DNA of 64,000 bases from Thiohalophilus sp. (GCF_046483665.1 NZ_JAWOCR010000013.1:4129-68128), one strand, 5' to 3'. Numbered from the stretch's first letter, positions 34,282 through 45,100 are shown. The notes: a model not told the origin generated them from the sequence alone. Made by a program: numbers and translations.

Positions 34282-35448
34282 ATGATGCGCCTGACCCGTA
34301 CGCTTAAATTCATTATCCAGTTCGCCATTCTCGGCCTGGCTGTCGCTTTTGTCGTCCTTTACTTACTCTCTGACAGCCGTCTGCCGTTCGGCGACAAGCC
34401 GGTGGTCGAGCTGCGGGAAGCACCACCCCGCGAATCCGCCAAACGCGGCGAAGGCCCTGTTTCCTATGCCGATGCCGTGGAAACTGCGGCGCCAGCCGTG
34501 GTCAATATCCACACCAAAAAGGTTGTCACCCGCGAGGCCCATCCGTTACTGGACGATCCCATCTTTCGCCACTTTTTTGGCGACAACTTCGGCAGTCCGA
34601 GTGAACGCGAAGAGACCAATCTTGGCTCCGGTGTCATCATCAGCAAGCAGGGCTACATCCTTACCAACAATCATGTCATCAGCGGCGCCGAAGAAATCCG
34701 GATTGCTTTGCCCGATCAACGCAGTGCCAACGCCACCGTGGTCGGCACCGACCCCGATACCGATCTGGCTGTGCTCAAGGTCGAGCTGGAGGCCTTGCCC
34801 GTTATCACCCTGGGGCGTTCCAGCCACTTGCGGGTCGGCGATGTGGTTCTGGCCATTGGCAATCCTTTTGGTGTCGGTCAGACCGTCACCTCGGGTATTG
34901 TCAGTGCTACCGGCCGCAATATGCTTGGCATCAGCACGTTCGAAAATTTCATCCAGACCGATGCCGCCATCAATCCCGGCAATTCCGGCGGCGCTCTGAT
35001 TACCGCCAATGGTGAATTGATCGGCATCAACACTGCCATCTTCTCGCGTAGCGGCGGCTCGCAAGGCATCGGCTTCGCCATCCCGACCAGCCTGGCCCGG
35101 GATGTCATGCAACAAATCATTGAACATGGCAAGGTCAAACGCGGCTGGCTTGGCGTTGCCATCCAGAATATTAATGATAACCTCGCTGAATCGCTGGACC
35201 TTGATGAAGATCAAAAAGGCATCATCATCACCAGTATTCTTAATCAGGGCCCGGCTGACGACGCCGGTCTGCAACCCGGCGATGTCATCACCCGGATCGA
35301 CGATCAGGCGGTGACCGATGTAGCCAGTGCCCTGGATGTCATCAGCAGTCACCGACCCGGTGACAGGATCACTATCTACATTATCCGACAAGGCAAACCG
35401 ATGAAGAAAACCGCCCGGGTCATCCAGCGCCCGAAACAGGAGCAATAA
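34282..35448 (+). CDS. degS: HtrA-family serine protease with one PDZ domain (DegS/AlgW-like)
   Basis: N-terminal TM, TNNHV, DLAVL, NPGNSGG, single PDZ; divergent from Nif3. Confidence 0.85.
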   Translation: MMRLTRTLKFIIQFAILGLAVAFVVLYLLSDSRLPFGDKPVVELREAPPRESAKRGEGPVSYADAVETAAPAVVNIHTKKVVTREAHPLLDDPIFRHFFGDNFGSPSEREETNLGSGVIISKQGYILTNNHVISGAEEIRIALPDQRSANATVVGTDPDTDLAVLKVELEALPVITLGRSSHLRVGDVVLAIGNPFGVGQTVTSGIVSATGRNMLGISTFENFIQTDAAINPGNSGGALITANGELIGINTAIFSRSGGSQGIGFAIPTSLARDVMQQIIEHGKVKRGWLGVAIQNINDNLAESLDLDEDQKGIIITSILNQGPADDAGLQPGDVITRIDDQAVTDVASALDVISSHRPGDRITIYIIRQGKPMKKTARVIQRPKQEQ

Positions 35449-35489
35449 TCCCTGCCATGCCGGGACATAGCAGGCAGCAGGCTAGAGGA

Positions 35490-35867
35490 TCACTTCCTGC
35501 CGGACTCCTGCAATCCCCAGGGCTGGCGCAGTGCCAGTATCAGCAGGGGAATCAGAACCAGGCTCAGCACCAAAGGTCCGTATACCAGCAAACTGACATT
35601 GTAATCAGGCTGCCCCGCGAATCGCACGGCATCGATCATCCAGGCATGTATAATCAATACGACTATCCCGTGCAGGATCACCAGAGCGCCGCTTTTCAGT
35701 GCCACCGCAAGGGAATAGATAAAATAGGGCACAAGCCCGGCCGCCAGAATCCCCGCCTGGAGGTGATAACCCAGCACCGGTTGCGGTTCAAATGACGCGA
35801 TAAATGCCAGTAACACACCAATTACGATTATGCCGTATTCAACTAGTTTTAAACGGGTGTTCGCCAT
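35490..35867 (-). CDS. Hypothetical 4-TM membrane protein
   Basis: ATG 35867 after AGGGGG; four hydrophobic segments; no family recognised. Confidence 0.75.
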   Translation of the reverse strand: MANTRLKLVEYGIIVIGVLLAFIASFEPQPVLGYHLQAGILAAGLVPYFIYSLAVALKSGALVILHGIVVLIIHAWMIDAVRFAGQPDYNVSLLVYGPLVLSLVLIPLLILALRQPWGLQESGRK

Positions 35868-36149
35868 ACAGCCCCCTGTATCATTTAATGAGTTGGACAG
35901 TATTTCTGTCTCAGCAAGTATAGTCGCCTGAGTATGATGTAAAGGCGACGGACCCGAGTGCATAGCTTTCGCACAGAAATTGCCTGAAATTATAGGGTCT
36001 TTCTCCGAACCTAAGCACTTACCCTATCGCAAAACAAGCCCCTGTGACACAAAGTCGGGCTGAATTGCTGCCACGAATTACATTACCGTCTATGCTTGCT
36101 GGATGAGTCGGCTCAAGCATGTCGTACGACCCGTGTGGAGACATGGACA

Positions 36150-38321
36150 ATGAGTGAGTATATCCAGGCAGGCGAATTACAGATCGACCGTCTGTTGTAC
36201 AATTTTATTACGGAAGAGGCCTTGCCTGGCACCGGCATCGAGTCCGGGCAGTTCTGGAGCGCGTTATCCGAGGCCGTCCACCGGTTTGGGCCACGTAATC
36301 ATGAATTGCTCGAACAGCGCGACCGGTTGCAGGACGAGATAGATGACTGGCATCGCCAACATCCCCAGTTTGATGCCCTTGCCTATAAACAGTTTCTGAT
36401 CGATATCGGTTACCTGTTACCCGAAGGGGAAGACTTCACCATCACGACCGCCAACGTAGATGACGAGATCGCGCTTGTCGCCGGTCCGCAACTGGTTGTA
36501 CCGTTAACCAATGCACGTTATGCCCTCAATGCCGCCAATGCGCGCTGGGGTAGCCTTTACGATTCCCTCTACGGCACCGATGTAATCGACAACTCCGGCG
36601 GCGCCGAACAAACGGCCCAATACAATCCCAAACGCGGTGAGAAAGTTATCGCCTGGGCAATGGCTCTGCTTGACGAGATTACCCCGCTGGAACACGGAAG
36701 CCATGCCGATGTGTGTCACTACCGGATCAGAAATGGAACTCTGTTCAGTGAATTGACTACCGGCCACTCCACCTCGCTAAAACATCCGGCACAGTTCAAC
36801 GGATTTAATGGCCATACCGACGCACCCGCGACAATATTGCTGGTCAAGCACGGTCTGCATATTGAGTTGCAAATCGACCGCGAAGACTCTGTTGGCAAAA
36901 CGCATCCTGCTGGCATCAAGGATATCCTGCTGGAAGCCGCAGTCACCACGATCCATGACCTGGAAGACTCGGTCGCCACAGTGGATGCCGAAGACAAGGT
37001 ACAGGCCTATCGCAACTGGCTGGGGCTGATGCAGGGCAATCTCGAAGATACTTTCTCCAAAGCCGGTAAAATGGTGACCCGTCGTCTGAACAGGGATCGG
37101 GATTATCTCTCTCCGGAGGGCCGGCCTTTTACTTTGCATGGGCGCAGCCTGATGCTGGTGCGCAACGTCGGCCATTTCCTCCACACCGACGCGGTCACAA
37201 CCCATTACGGCGCGCCTATACCCGAAGGTATACTGGATGCACTGGTCACCACGCTGATCGCATTACATGACATCCATGGTGACAGTGCGCTCGGCAACTC
37301 CCGCACGGGCAGTGTCTATCTGGTCAAACCCAAGATGCATGGTCCTGAGGAAGTCGCTTTCACAAATGATCTGTTCGACTTTGTCGAGGATCAGCTCCAG
37401 CTGGCCCGCAATACCCTGAAGATGGGCATTATGGATGAGGAACGGCGTACCTCGATCAATCTGAAAGAATGTATCCGTGCCGCAAAAGATCGGGTGGTCT
37501 TTATCAATACCGGATTTCTGGATCGAACCGGCGATGAGATCCACACCAGCATGGAAGCTGGCCCTGTGGTACGCAAGAAAACAATGAAAGAGAGCACCTG
37601 GATTCAGGCCTATGAAAAAAACAACGTTGAAACCGGTCTGGCCTGCGGCTTCAGCGGTAAGGCGCAAATAGGCAAGGGAATGTGGGCCATGCCGGACAAT
37701 ATGCATGCAATGCTGGTTGCCAAAGTTGACCATCCCCGCGCCGGAGCCAGCACAGCCTGGGTCCCCTCCCCCACTGCCGCGGTGTTGCATGCCATCCACT
37801 ACCACCAGATCAATGTCTTTGAACAGCAGGAGACCCTCGTCAGTGATGTTCGCACGCCGCCCGATGATCTGCTGGTCATTCCGCTGATGGATAACGCACA
37901 ACCTGATACTGACGCCATCACACAGGAACTGGAAAACAACGCACAGGGTATTCTCGGTTACGTCGTACGCTGGATAAACCAGGGTATCGGTTGCTCCAAG
38001 GTGCCTGACATCAACAATACGGGCTTAATGGAAGATCGGGCCACTCTGCGCATCTCCAGCCAGCACATTGCCAACTGGCTGCATCACGGCCTTTGCGATG
38101 CCGGACAGGTACTGGATGTCATGCAGCGCATGGCACAAAAGGTCGATCAGCAAAACCGTGGTGATCCAACCTATACTTCCATGGGACCGGATTTCAACAA
38201 CAGCCAGGCATTTCGGGCCGCGTTCGATCTCGTCATCAAAGGGCGTGAGCAGGCCAACGGCTATACCGAACCGTTACTCTATTTGCATCGGCGCATCGTC
38301 AAAGAAAAAAACCGTTCCTGA
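36150..38321 (+). CDS. glcB: Malate synthase G
   Basis: AGPQLVVP, NAANARWGSLYDSLYG, GRSLMLVRNVGH, KPKMHGPEE, INTGFLDRTGDEIHT, GCSKVPDI, MEDRATLRISSQ; about 720 aa. Confidence 0.98.
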   Translation: MSEYIQAGELQIDRLLYNFITEEALPGTGIESGQFWSALSEAVHRFGPRNHELLEQRDRLQDEIDDWHRQHPQFDALAYKQFLIDIGYLLPEGEDFTITTANVDDEIALVAGPQLVVPLTNARYALNAANARWGSLYDSLYGTDVIDNSGGAEQTAQYNPKRGEKVIAWAMALLDEITPLEHGSHADVCHYRIRNGTLFSELTTGHSTSLKHPAQFNGFNGHTDAPATILLVKHGLHIELQIDREDSVGKTHPAGIKDILLEAAVTTIHDLEDSVATVDAEDKVQAYRNWLGLMQGNLEDTFSKAGKMVTRRLNRDRDYLSPEGRPFTLHGRSLMLVRNVGHFLHTDAVTTHYGAPIPEGILDALVTTLIALHDIHGDSALGNSRTGSVYLVKPKMHGPEEVAFTNDLFDFVEDQLQLARNTLKMGIMDEERRTSINLKECIRAAKDRVVFINTGFLDRTGDEIHTSMEAGPVVRKKTMKESTWIQAYEKNNVETGLACGFSGKAQIGKGMWAMPDNMHAMLVAKVDHPRAGASTAWVPSPTAAVLHAIHYHQINVFEQQETLVSDVRTPPDDLLVIPLMDNAQPDTDAITQELENNAQGILGYVVRWINQGIGCSKVPDINNTGLMEDRATLRISSQHIANWLHHGLCDAGQVLDVMQRMAQKVDQQNRGDPTYTSMGPDFNNSQAFRAAFDLVIKGREQANGYTEPLLYLHRRIVKEKNRS

Positions 38322-39154
38322 ATCCGTGCAAGCAACCCTGATATCTGCCCGGAGCAATCACACAGGCAAGCAGCGAAACAAATATTACGAGTGCACAATT
38401 ATTTTTAAAAATATTGCTTCGCAATCAACCAGACAATAATGTCGATACAAACAACAATATGACGAAGCACCCTGTCTGAAATAATATGCTTAACACTTGT
38501 TCAGGGGGAAGGGGCACTTCCAATCACGCTTTGGCATCCAAAAGCTGAACGGGCAACGGGCCACCTCCCCTGTGCAAAATACACGTCCATATCCTGCAGA
38601 AGCTTCGAGGGATTATTGTTTTCAACGATCCTGGCAGTCAGCCTTTCATCCAATGACTTGCCGATACCGCTGTTCTTGTTGACCATCATGCGTTCACTGG
38701 CGCGTGTAACGATTGCGCATAAAGAGTTACCTTCGAGCCTGACAAGTTCAATCCGCCACTATCTCAAATAACAAACAGCGACAACGTCCACTTCTGTACC
38801 TGTCATCATTTCGGGCGACGAGCAAGTCCGGGCATATACTGACGGGTAACAGCCTGCTTTGATTTTTCCCCGTCACCCGCCGGTCTGGCCTGAGCGATAA
38901 GCCAACATCCCGATTAAAATCGGTCCATTACCGCGGTAAATGACGAATTCCTATAGCCAGGGCAAAAAGTACGGTTGCCCCATCTATAACGTCTCCTGTA
39001 ACGCGGTTCTTTGCCCGACCGATGGCCGGAGGAATCACGTTGATTGCTTCTGTCTGTAAATGAGAAACCTCTTCAACGTTTAGTGCCCTCTGGCTCGCAG
39101 GTTATCCATGTTAAATTCCAGTCCGCACCCCGGCCCGCAGCTCATATCCGGACA

Positions 39155-39178
39155 GCTTGTCTGTCATGACGGACAAGC
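39155..39178. promoter_or_regulatory. Near-perfect 24-bp palindrome (candidate operator or hairpin)
   Basis: GCTTGTCTGTCA|TGACGGACAAGC, 11 of 12 positions complementary. Confidence 0.4.
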
Positions 39179-39545
39179 GCTGGCATCGTCTGGAGAAATC
39201 ATTTATCGGATCAAACCAGGATGTACCTGACAGGTATCAAATGTCAGAATGATCCTGCAAGCACAAAGCTTTCTGACGATAAAATTGAACAGATAAACAC
39301 ATCCCCTGGAGGATCATCTACGCCAGAGGAAAGCTTGCTCCCCCAGTGCTCACTTCTCTTATATCCCCAGCCCTTATATTTATAGAGGAATACCCTATGC
39401 CGCAACAGGTTGAGCCTGGCGGCATAAATTGGCGGCAACATTGACGCCAGCGGTTTCAACCTGAGGCAACAGTACCAGGGGCCCGATTGATCATCCGCTT
39501 TACAGGAGGGAATACATTGCTCACAACCATCCGTTTCAATTTGCA

Positions 39546-39577
39546 ATATCGATTTTCATTTATCAAAATTATCTATA
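39546..39577. promoter_or_regulatory. Candidate LysR-type binding region upstream of dabB
   Basis: AT-rich ATATCGATTTTCATTTATCAAAATTATCTATA containing T-N11-A (39563-39575), about 150 bp before dabB. Confidence 0.35.
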
Positions 39578-39723
39578 AACTGGATCGGTAGTGAAGTGAT
39601 TATTTCGCGCCAGATGACTTGAAATGATGACACTACACAGGTCTATAAAAACAATAAACCAGGCCACAGGTTCCCCCTTGCAGGTACAGCCCTGACCTTG
39701 TCCTGTCACAGGTGAGAGACCAG

Positions 39724-41403
39724 ATGGAACATATCATCATACTGATAACGGGTTTACAGATTCTCTCGGCCTTGTTGACCCATCTATTGACCCCCCGCCT
39801 GGGTCGGCAAGTTGCGCGCCTGAGCGTCACCGCAACAGCACTCACTTTCGCTCTGTCTGTCGCTGCCCTGTGGATGGTCCTGAACGGGCACAGCCGGCAA
39901 ACTGTCAACCTGTTCGATTCCGGTATGCTTCTGTTGCTCGACCCGCTAAGCAGCCTGATGGCCGTGCTCATCGCCGGGATCAGTCTGGTCGTTCATGTGT
40001 ATTCCCTGCGTTATATGGCCGAAGAAACCGGTTACAGCCGTTTCTTCGTGCTGCTCGATCTGATGACCGCTACATTGCTGGTGATGGTATCCGCCGGGGA
40101 TCTACTGACTCTGCTTATCGCCTGGCATCTGGTCGGGGTTCTGCTCTATTTTCTGCTTGGCCAGAATACCCGTGATGTCTCGGCGTATCGCTATGCCTTC
40201 TGGACCAAGATCACCTATCGCATCGGCGATCTGCCGTTGCTGATTGCCGCGGTGTTGCTCTACCAGGCCTACGGCACCGGCTCGCTGCCGGCGATATTCG
40301 AACAGATCAGCACCGAACCGGGCCCCCATCAGGTGCTGGGCTGGCCGCTGATGGATTTGGTCGCGGGGCTCATTGCCCTGGCCGCCTTCGCCCGCTCGGC
40401 CCAGTTTCTGTTGCATACCTGGCTACCTTACTCCATGTCGGGACCGACACCGGTGTCGGCTCTGATGCATGCAGGGATCGTTAATGCCGGCGGATTTTTG
40501 ATCAACCGCTTTGCACCGGTGTTCGTGCATAGCTCGGAGATCCTGCACTGGGTCTTTATCGTCGGCCTGTTTACCGCCGTCATAGGCTCGGTATTGATGC
40601 TTATCCAGAACGACATCAAGAAATCCCTGGGTTATTCCACCATGGGCCAGATGGGTTTTATGATCATGGAATGCGGCATTGGCGCCTTCTCCCTGGCCAT
40701 TTATCATTTGATTGCGCACGGTTTGTTCAAGGGTACCCTGTTTCTGGGAGCCGGCGGGGTGATCAATGCCGCACGCAAGAACGATGGCGTGCCCAAACAA
40801 GATCTGTATACCTTCGTGATTGAACGCCGGCCGGTACGACAACGTGTACCCTGGTTATTGATGGCGGCAATCACCCTGGCGGTGCCAATTACTATCCTGG
40901 TATTCGCCCATTGGGTGGTCTCGGAAGATTACTTCCAGAAACAGAGCGCCATCGTGTTGCTGTTTTTCGGGTGGATGACCGGGGCGCAATTAATCTTTGC
41001 AGTTTACCGGATGCAAACCGGGAATCTGCACCGACTGGTTATGCTGAGTATCTTCTCGTTTGCGATAGTTGTTCTCGGCTATACCCTGATAAGTCACGCT
41101 TTTGACCTGTTCCTCTATCCCGATCCGGCATTTCGCGATCAAATCTACGCGGCAGCGGATTTCGAGTTAATCTGGTTCGATGTTCTGGTCATCCTGGTTG
41201 CACTGGTCATCATCTTTGGCTGGATTAGCACCAGCTTTAACGATCAACACTATCATCCCAGGGGCGAGTATCGTCGACGACTGTGGTTATCGTTCTATGC
41301 GCTGATCTCGCGCGAATTGTATATTACCGATCTGTATACACGAATCAGCCGTGCACTGCTGTCTGTGGCCGGACGGCTCAATCTCTGGTTGAGGTGGCTC
41401 TGA
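39724..41403 (+). CDS. dabB: DAB inorganic carbon pump membrane subunit (NuoL/MrpA-like, PF00361)
   Basis: Multi-TM; SAQFLLHTWLPYSMSGPTPVSALMHAGIVNAGG, KKSLGYSTMGQMG, HLIAHGLFKGTLFL; operonic with a DUF2309 gene. Confidence 0.88.
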   Translation: MEHIIILITGLQILSALLTHLLTPRLGRQVARLSVTATALTFALSVAALWMVLNGHSRQTVNLFDSGMLLLLDPLSSLMAVLIAGISLVVHVYSLRYMAEETGYSRFFVLLDLMTATLLVMVSAGDLLTLLIAWHLVGVLLYFLLGQNTRDVSAYRYAFWTKITYRIGDLPLLIAAVLLYQAYGTGSLPAIFEQISTEPGPHQVLGWPLMDLVAGLIALAAFARSAQFLLHTWLPYSMSGPTPVSALMHAGIVNAGGFLINRFAPVFVHSSEILHWVFIVGLFTAVIGSVLMLIQNDIKKSLGYSTMGQMGFMIMECGIGAFSLAIYHLIAHGLFKGTLFLGAGGVINAARKNDGVPKQDLYTFVIERRPVRQRVPWLLMAAITLAVPITILVFAHWVVSEDYFQKQSAIVLLFFGWMTGAQLIFAVYRMQTGNLHRLVMLSIFSFAIVVLGYTLISHAFDLFLYPDPAFRDQIYAAADFELIWFDVLVILVALVIIFGWISTSFNDQHYHPRGEYRRRLWLSFYALISRELYITDLYTRISRALLSVAGRLNLWLRWL

Positions 41404-41404
41404 T

Positions 41405-42166
41405 ATGATCGATACATGGGTATATCTGCTGATCGGCCTGTTCCTGCCGCTATTCCCGCTAAGCATGGGCTTCAACTTCGTACTGGGGCGTAGTCGCTCT
41501 GTCCTGTTGCGCATCCTGTTGTTGCTGTTCTGGCCACAAATCGGTCTGATCCTGTTACAAACAGTGAACAGCCCCGTACCCGGCTGGATGGTCCCCCTGG
41601 CCCTGTTCACTGCCACACTGTATGCCCTGCGCGCCCTGGCCCTGCGCGAGGTGGGACAGTGGAGCGGATTCCTGGCTACTTCGGCCTGGGCCTTGTTGTG
41701 GGTCGTGCTGCGGGGCGATCTGCCGGTACTACAGCTGCATCTTTTTGCGCTGGGCTTCAGTACGCCCCTGGCTTTACTGGCACTGCTTGGTGCCGGGCTG
41801 GAACGCCGCTTTGGCGCCGCGTATACCGGCCTGTACGGCGGACTGGCCGAATCGATTCCCCGATTCAGCACGATACTCGTGCTGGTAGTGCTGGCAATTA
41901 TCGCCACACCGCTGTTCCCGACATTTTTCATCATGCTCGTCACCGTCGTGCAGGCGGTCACGCTCATGCCGCTGGTGGCCGTCAGTGTCGCCCTCGTCTG
42001 GTTACTCTGGAGCTGGGCCGGCGCGCGCCTGTTGCAGGGATTAATCGTCGGCCCCGCAGGAGTCAATAAGGTAATCGACCTGAATCGCTTCATAACCGGC
42101 GCTTATGCGCTGGCATTAACCCTTCTGGTCGCAAGCGGTGTGTACAGCATCGGAGTCCTGTTATGA
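41405..42166 (+). CDS. Third, antiporter-half-like membrane subunit of the DAB operon
   Basis: 253 aa, about 7-8 TMs; GAGLERRFG...YGGLAESIPRF...ATPLFPTF resembles the C-terminal half of NuoM; ATGA overlap with dabA. Confidence 0.75.
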   Translation: MIDTWVYLLIGLFLPLFPLSMGFNFVLGRSRSVLLRILLLLFWPQIGLILLQTVNSPVPGWMVPLALFTATLYALRALALREVGQWSGFLATSAWALLWVVLRGDLPVLQLHLFALGFSTPLALLALLGAGLERRFGAAYTGLYGGLAESIPRFSTILVLVVLAIIATPLFPTFFIMLVTVVQAVTLMPLVAVSVALVWLLWSWAGARLLQGLIVGPAGVNKVIDLNRFITGAYALALTLLVASGVYSIGVLL

Positions 42167-45100
42167 CATTACCACTGGGACAACAGCTGAAAATTCGCAG
42201 CATGATTTACGTGGCCGGCGAACCGATCCCGTTTTTCTGGCCCATGCGTTCATTCATTCACCATAATCCACTGCATGGCCTGGAGCATCTCCCCTTCCCC
42301 GAAGCCGTGGAAACCGGCGCGCAACTGTTTCAGGGGCGTGGCTTTTTATCCCGACACGAATACCAGCGTTATCTGGCACAGGGCAAGGTCGATCGGGGTG
42401 CGCTGAGCGCCGGGATCGCCGACTTTGTGGCGCAGCAGCCGGCAATCACCGGCGTCAATCTGTCTCACTGGTTGATGACATTACTCACCTGCAACGAACA
42501 ACCGGTCATGCGGACCCCCTCTTTGGCCAACACAAACGAAGTGCATGCCGTTATAAACCAAACCGAATACGCCGCGGCGACACTCGATACCGATACCCTG
42601 ACGGCGAGGCTGTATGACACGCTGCTGGGCGCCTGTCCTTTATATGAAGCTGTGGACCGACTCTATGGTACCGGGATCGGCGCTGAACTGGATGAGCTGG
42701 TGATCAAAAGCTGTCTTGATTTCTTCGACGAGGGTCAGTCTGTCTGGCACATGCCCGGCCGCAAGCAGGGCCTGTTCAGGGCCTGGCGCGAGCTGGCCCT
42801 GCGCAACGCACGGCTGTTCATGCGCGGTCTGCATATCGAGCGGATTCTAAAAAATGAACAACACCCCGAAGGTGTGATTGCCTCGGTGATGAGCGAGCTG
42901 GGTGTTCCCGAGGATAAATGGGTCAATTGTTTCTCCCGCGAATTATCCCGCCTGCACGGCTGGGCTGGCTTCATTCGCTGGCGTGCCAACGCCAAACATT
43001 ACTACTGGAGCCAGCGATATCCCGCCGACCTGGTCGACTTTCTGGCGATACGTCTGATTCTGGCCTTCGCTCTGCTCACCGAACGCTCTCGTCAGCGGAT
43101 CACCTTCGACCGGCCGTCGCTGGAAAGCCTTATTCAAACCCGGCCCCGGGAAACCTGGCTGCGCCATGAATTATATAGCGGGGCGATACTGCCAGCCTAC
43201 GCGCAACGCGTGGAACAAACCCTGGCACGGGGACGCCCGGACGCGATTGAACAATGCTTTAACGACTATGTTCTTGCCAAACGCCGTTACGAGGCCGAAG
43301 AGCAGGCCGCCCATCTGCGTCAGCTGGCGACCCGCGCCGATGCGAGTGCATCGCTCGAGACCCTGACACCCGATCAGCTGACCACGCTGGTACAGGTCTT
43401 ACAAAAGTTTGAAAGTGCCGAGGGTATGCTCTGGCTGCGCGCGATGGAGGACCATGCCATGGAAAAGATTCTGGGCAAAGTCAATCTGACGCGACCGGTG
43501 GCGCGCGACAAACGTCCCTTTGCCCAGGCCCTGTTTTGTATCGATACCCGCTCCGAGCGAATCCGGCGCCACCTGGAAAGCGCAGGAGATTATCAGACCT
43601 TCGGCATCGCCGGTTTCTTCGGGGTACCTATCAGCTTCATGGAACTGGGCAAGGGCAGTGAAACCTATTTGTGTCCGGTCCTGCTCAAACCGAAAAACCT
43701 GGTTCTGGAAATGTCGGCCAAAACGGGGGAGGATGTGGCCGCCACTACCGTGCTGGAGAAGGTACTGCACGAACTCAAGGAATCAGTCTTCACGCCGTAT
43801 GTCACCGTCGAGGCGATCGGCATGTTGTTCGGCTTTGACATGATCGGCAAAACATTCATCCCACTAAGTTACAACCGCTGGCGCCAGCGTCTGTATCGTG
43901 ACAAACCCTCGACCCATCTGTTACTCGACAAACTGGATCGCGAACAGGCCGACTCCATCGTTCGTGCCGTGCAACGTGCGGTTGTGGCCAAAGCGGTGGA
44001 ACAGGAGTTTGAACTCGAACCTGAAGCCGTGACCGATAACATGATTCGTGAATTGCGGGAAGTTGCGCTGGATCACGCCATACAGGCCCCGATACTGCGC
44101 GAGACGCTGAACCTGAGCCAGGAAGTCGAACAGGCCTTTATCCAGCGCCTGCGTTCGATCTACCGGATTGAGCCGGCCTTCGCCCGTCTGCAAATGGAAC
44201 AGCTGGCGCGGATTGGTTTCAGTCTCGATGAACAGACCAACTTCGTCAGTCAGGCCCTGCACTCGATCGGCCTGAACCGGGATTTCTCCCGCTTCATCGT
44301 GCTGGTCGGCCACGGCAGCACCTCCGAAAATAATCCCTATGAATCAGCGCTCGATTGCGGTGCCTGCGGCGGCAATCACGGGCTGATCAATGCCCGCGCG
44401 CTGGCCCAGATGGGCAATAACCCCCGGATCCGTCAGCGGCTGCGTGCCCAGGGAATCGAAATCCCCGACGATGCCTGGTTCCTGCCGGCCCTGCACGACA
44501 CCACCACTGATGAGATCAAACTGTTCGATCTCGATCGACTGCCTTCCTCGCACCTGGTCTATCTCGATCGCCTGCGCAGCGGCCTGACCGGCGCCTCACG
44601 GATGTGTGCCCAGGAACGACTCCCCGAATTGCAACTGACGCCGGGACAATGCGATCCGACCGAGGCCAATCGCCGTGCCCGCCGCAACGCAATGGACTGG
44701 TCGCAAGTGCGTCCGGAATGGGGTCTGTCCGGCAACGCCTATTTCATTATCGGCCGCCGTCAGCTAACCCGGCACCGGTCATTAAAAGGCCGCGCCTTTT
44801 TGCATTCCTATGACTATCGCGTCGATCCCAAACGACGTCTGCTGGAGACTATTCTCACCGGCCCGCTGGTAGTTGGCCAGTGGATTAACATGGAACACTA
44901 TTTTTCCACCGTGGATAACGAGCGCTTTGGCAGTGGCAGTAAGGTCTATCACAACGTGGCCGGGCGCTTCGGCGTAATGACCGGCAACCTCAGCGACCTG
45001 CGCACCGGTCTGCCGGCCCAGACCGTACTCGATCAGGGACAGCCCTATCATCAGCCCATCCGCCTGATCACGGTCATCGAAGCCCCCTACGAATATGCCC

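Noticed and set aside
35964-36149. Possible glycine or other riboswitch upstream of glcB
   Set aside because: No glycine-aptamer or other riboswitch consensus seen.
38940-39059. 39-aa Cys-rich plus-strand ORF (MTNSYSQGKKYGCPIYNVSC...)
   Set aside because: No RBS and no recognised pattern; cannot be distinguished from chance.
39244-39546. 100-aa Cys-containing minus-strand ORF, and a GGDEF-like phrase (LVLLPQVETAGVNVAA) in another frame
   Set aside because: No family motif, no GG(D/E)EF upstream, and stops in frame.
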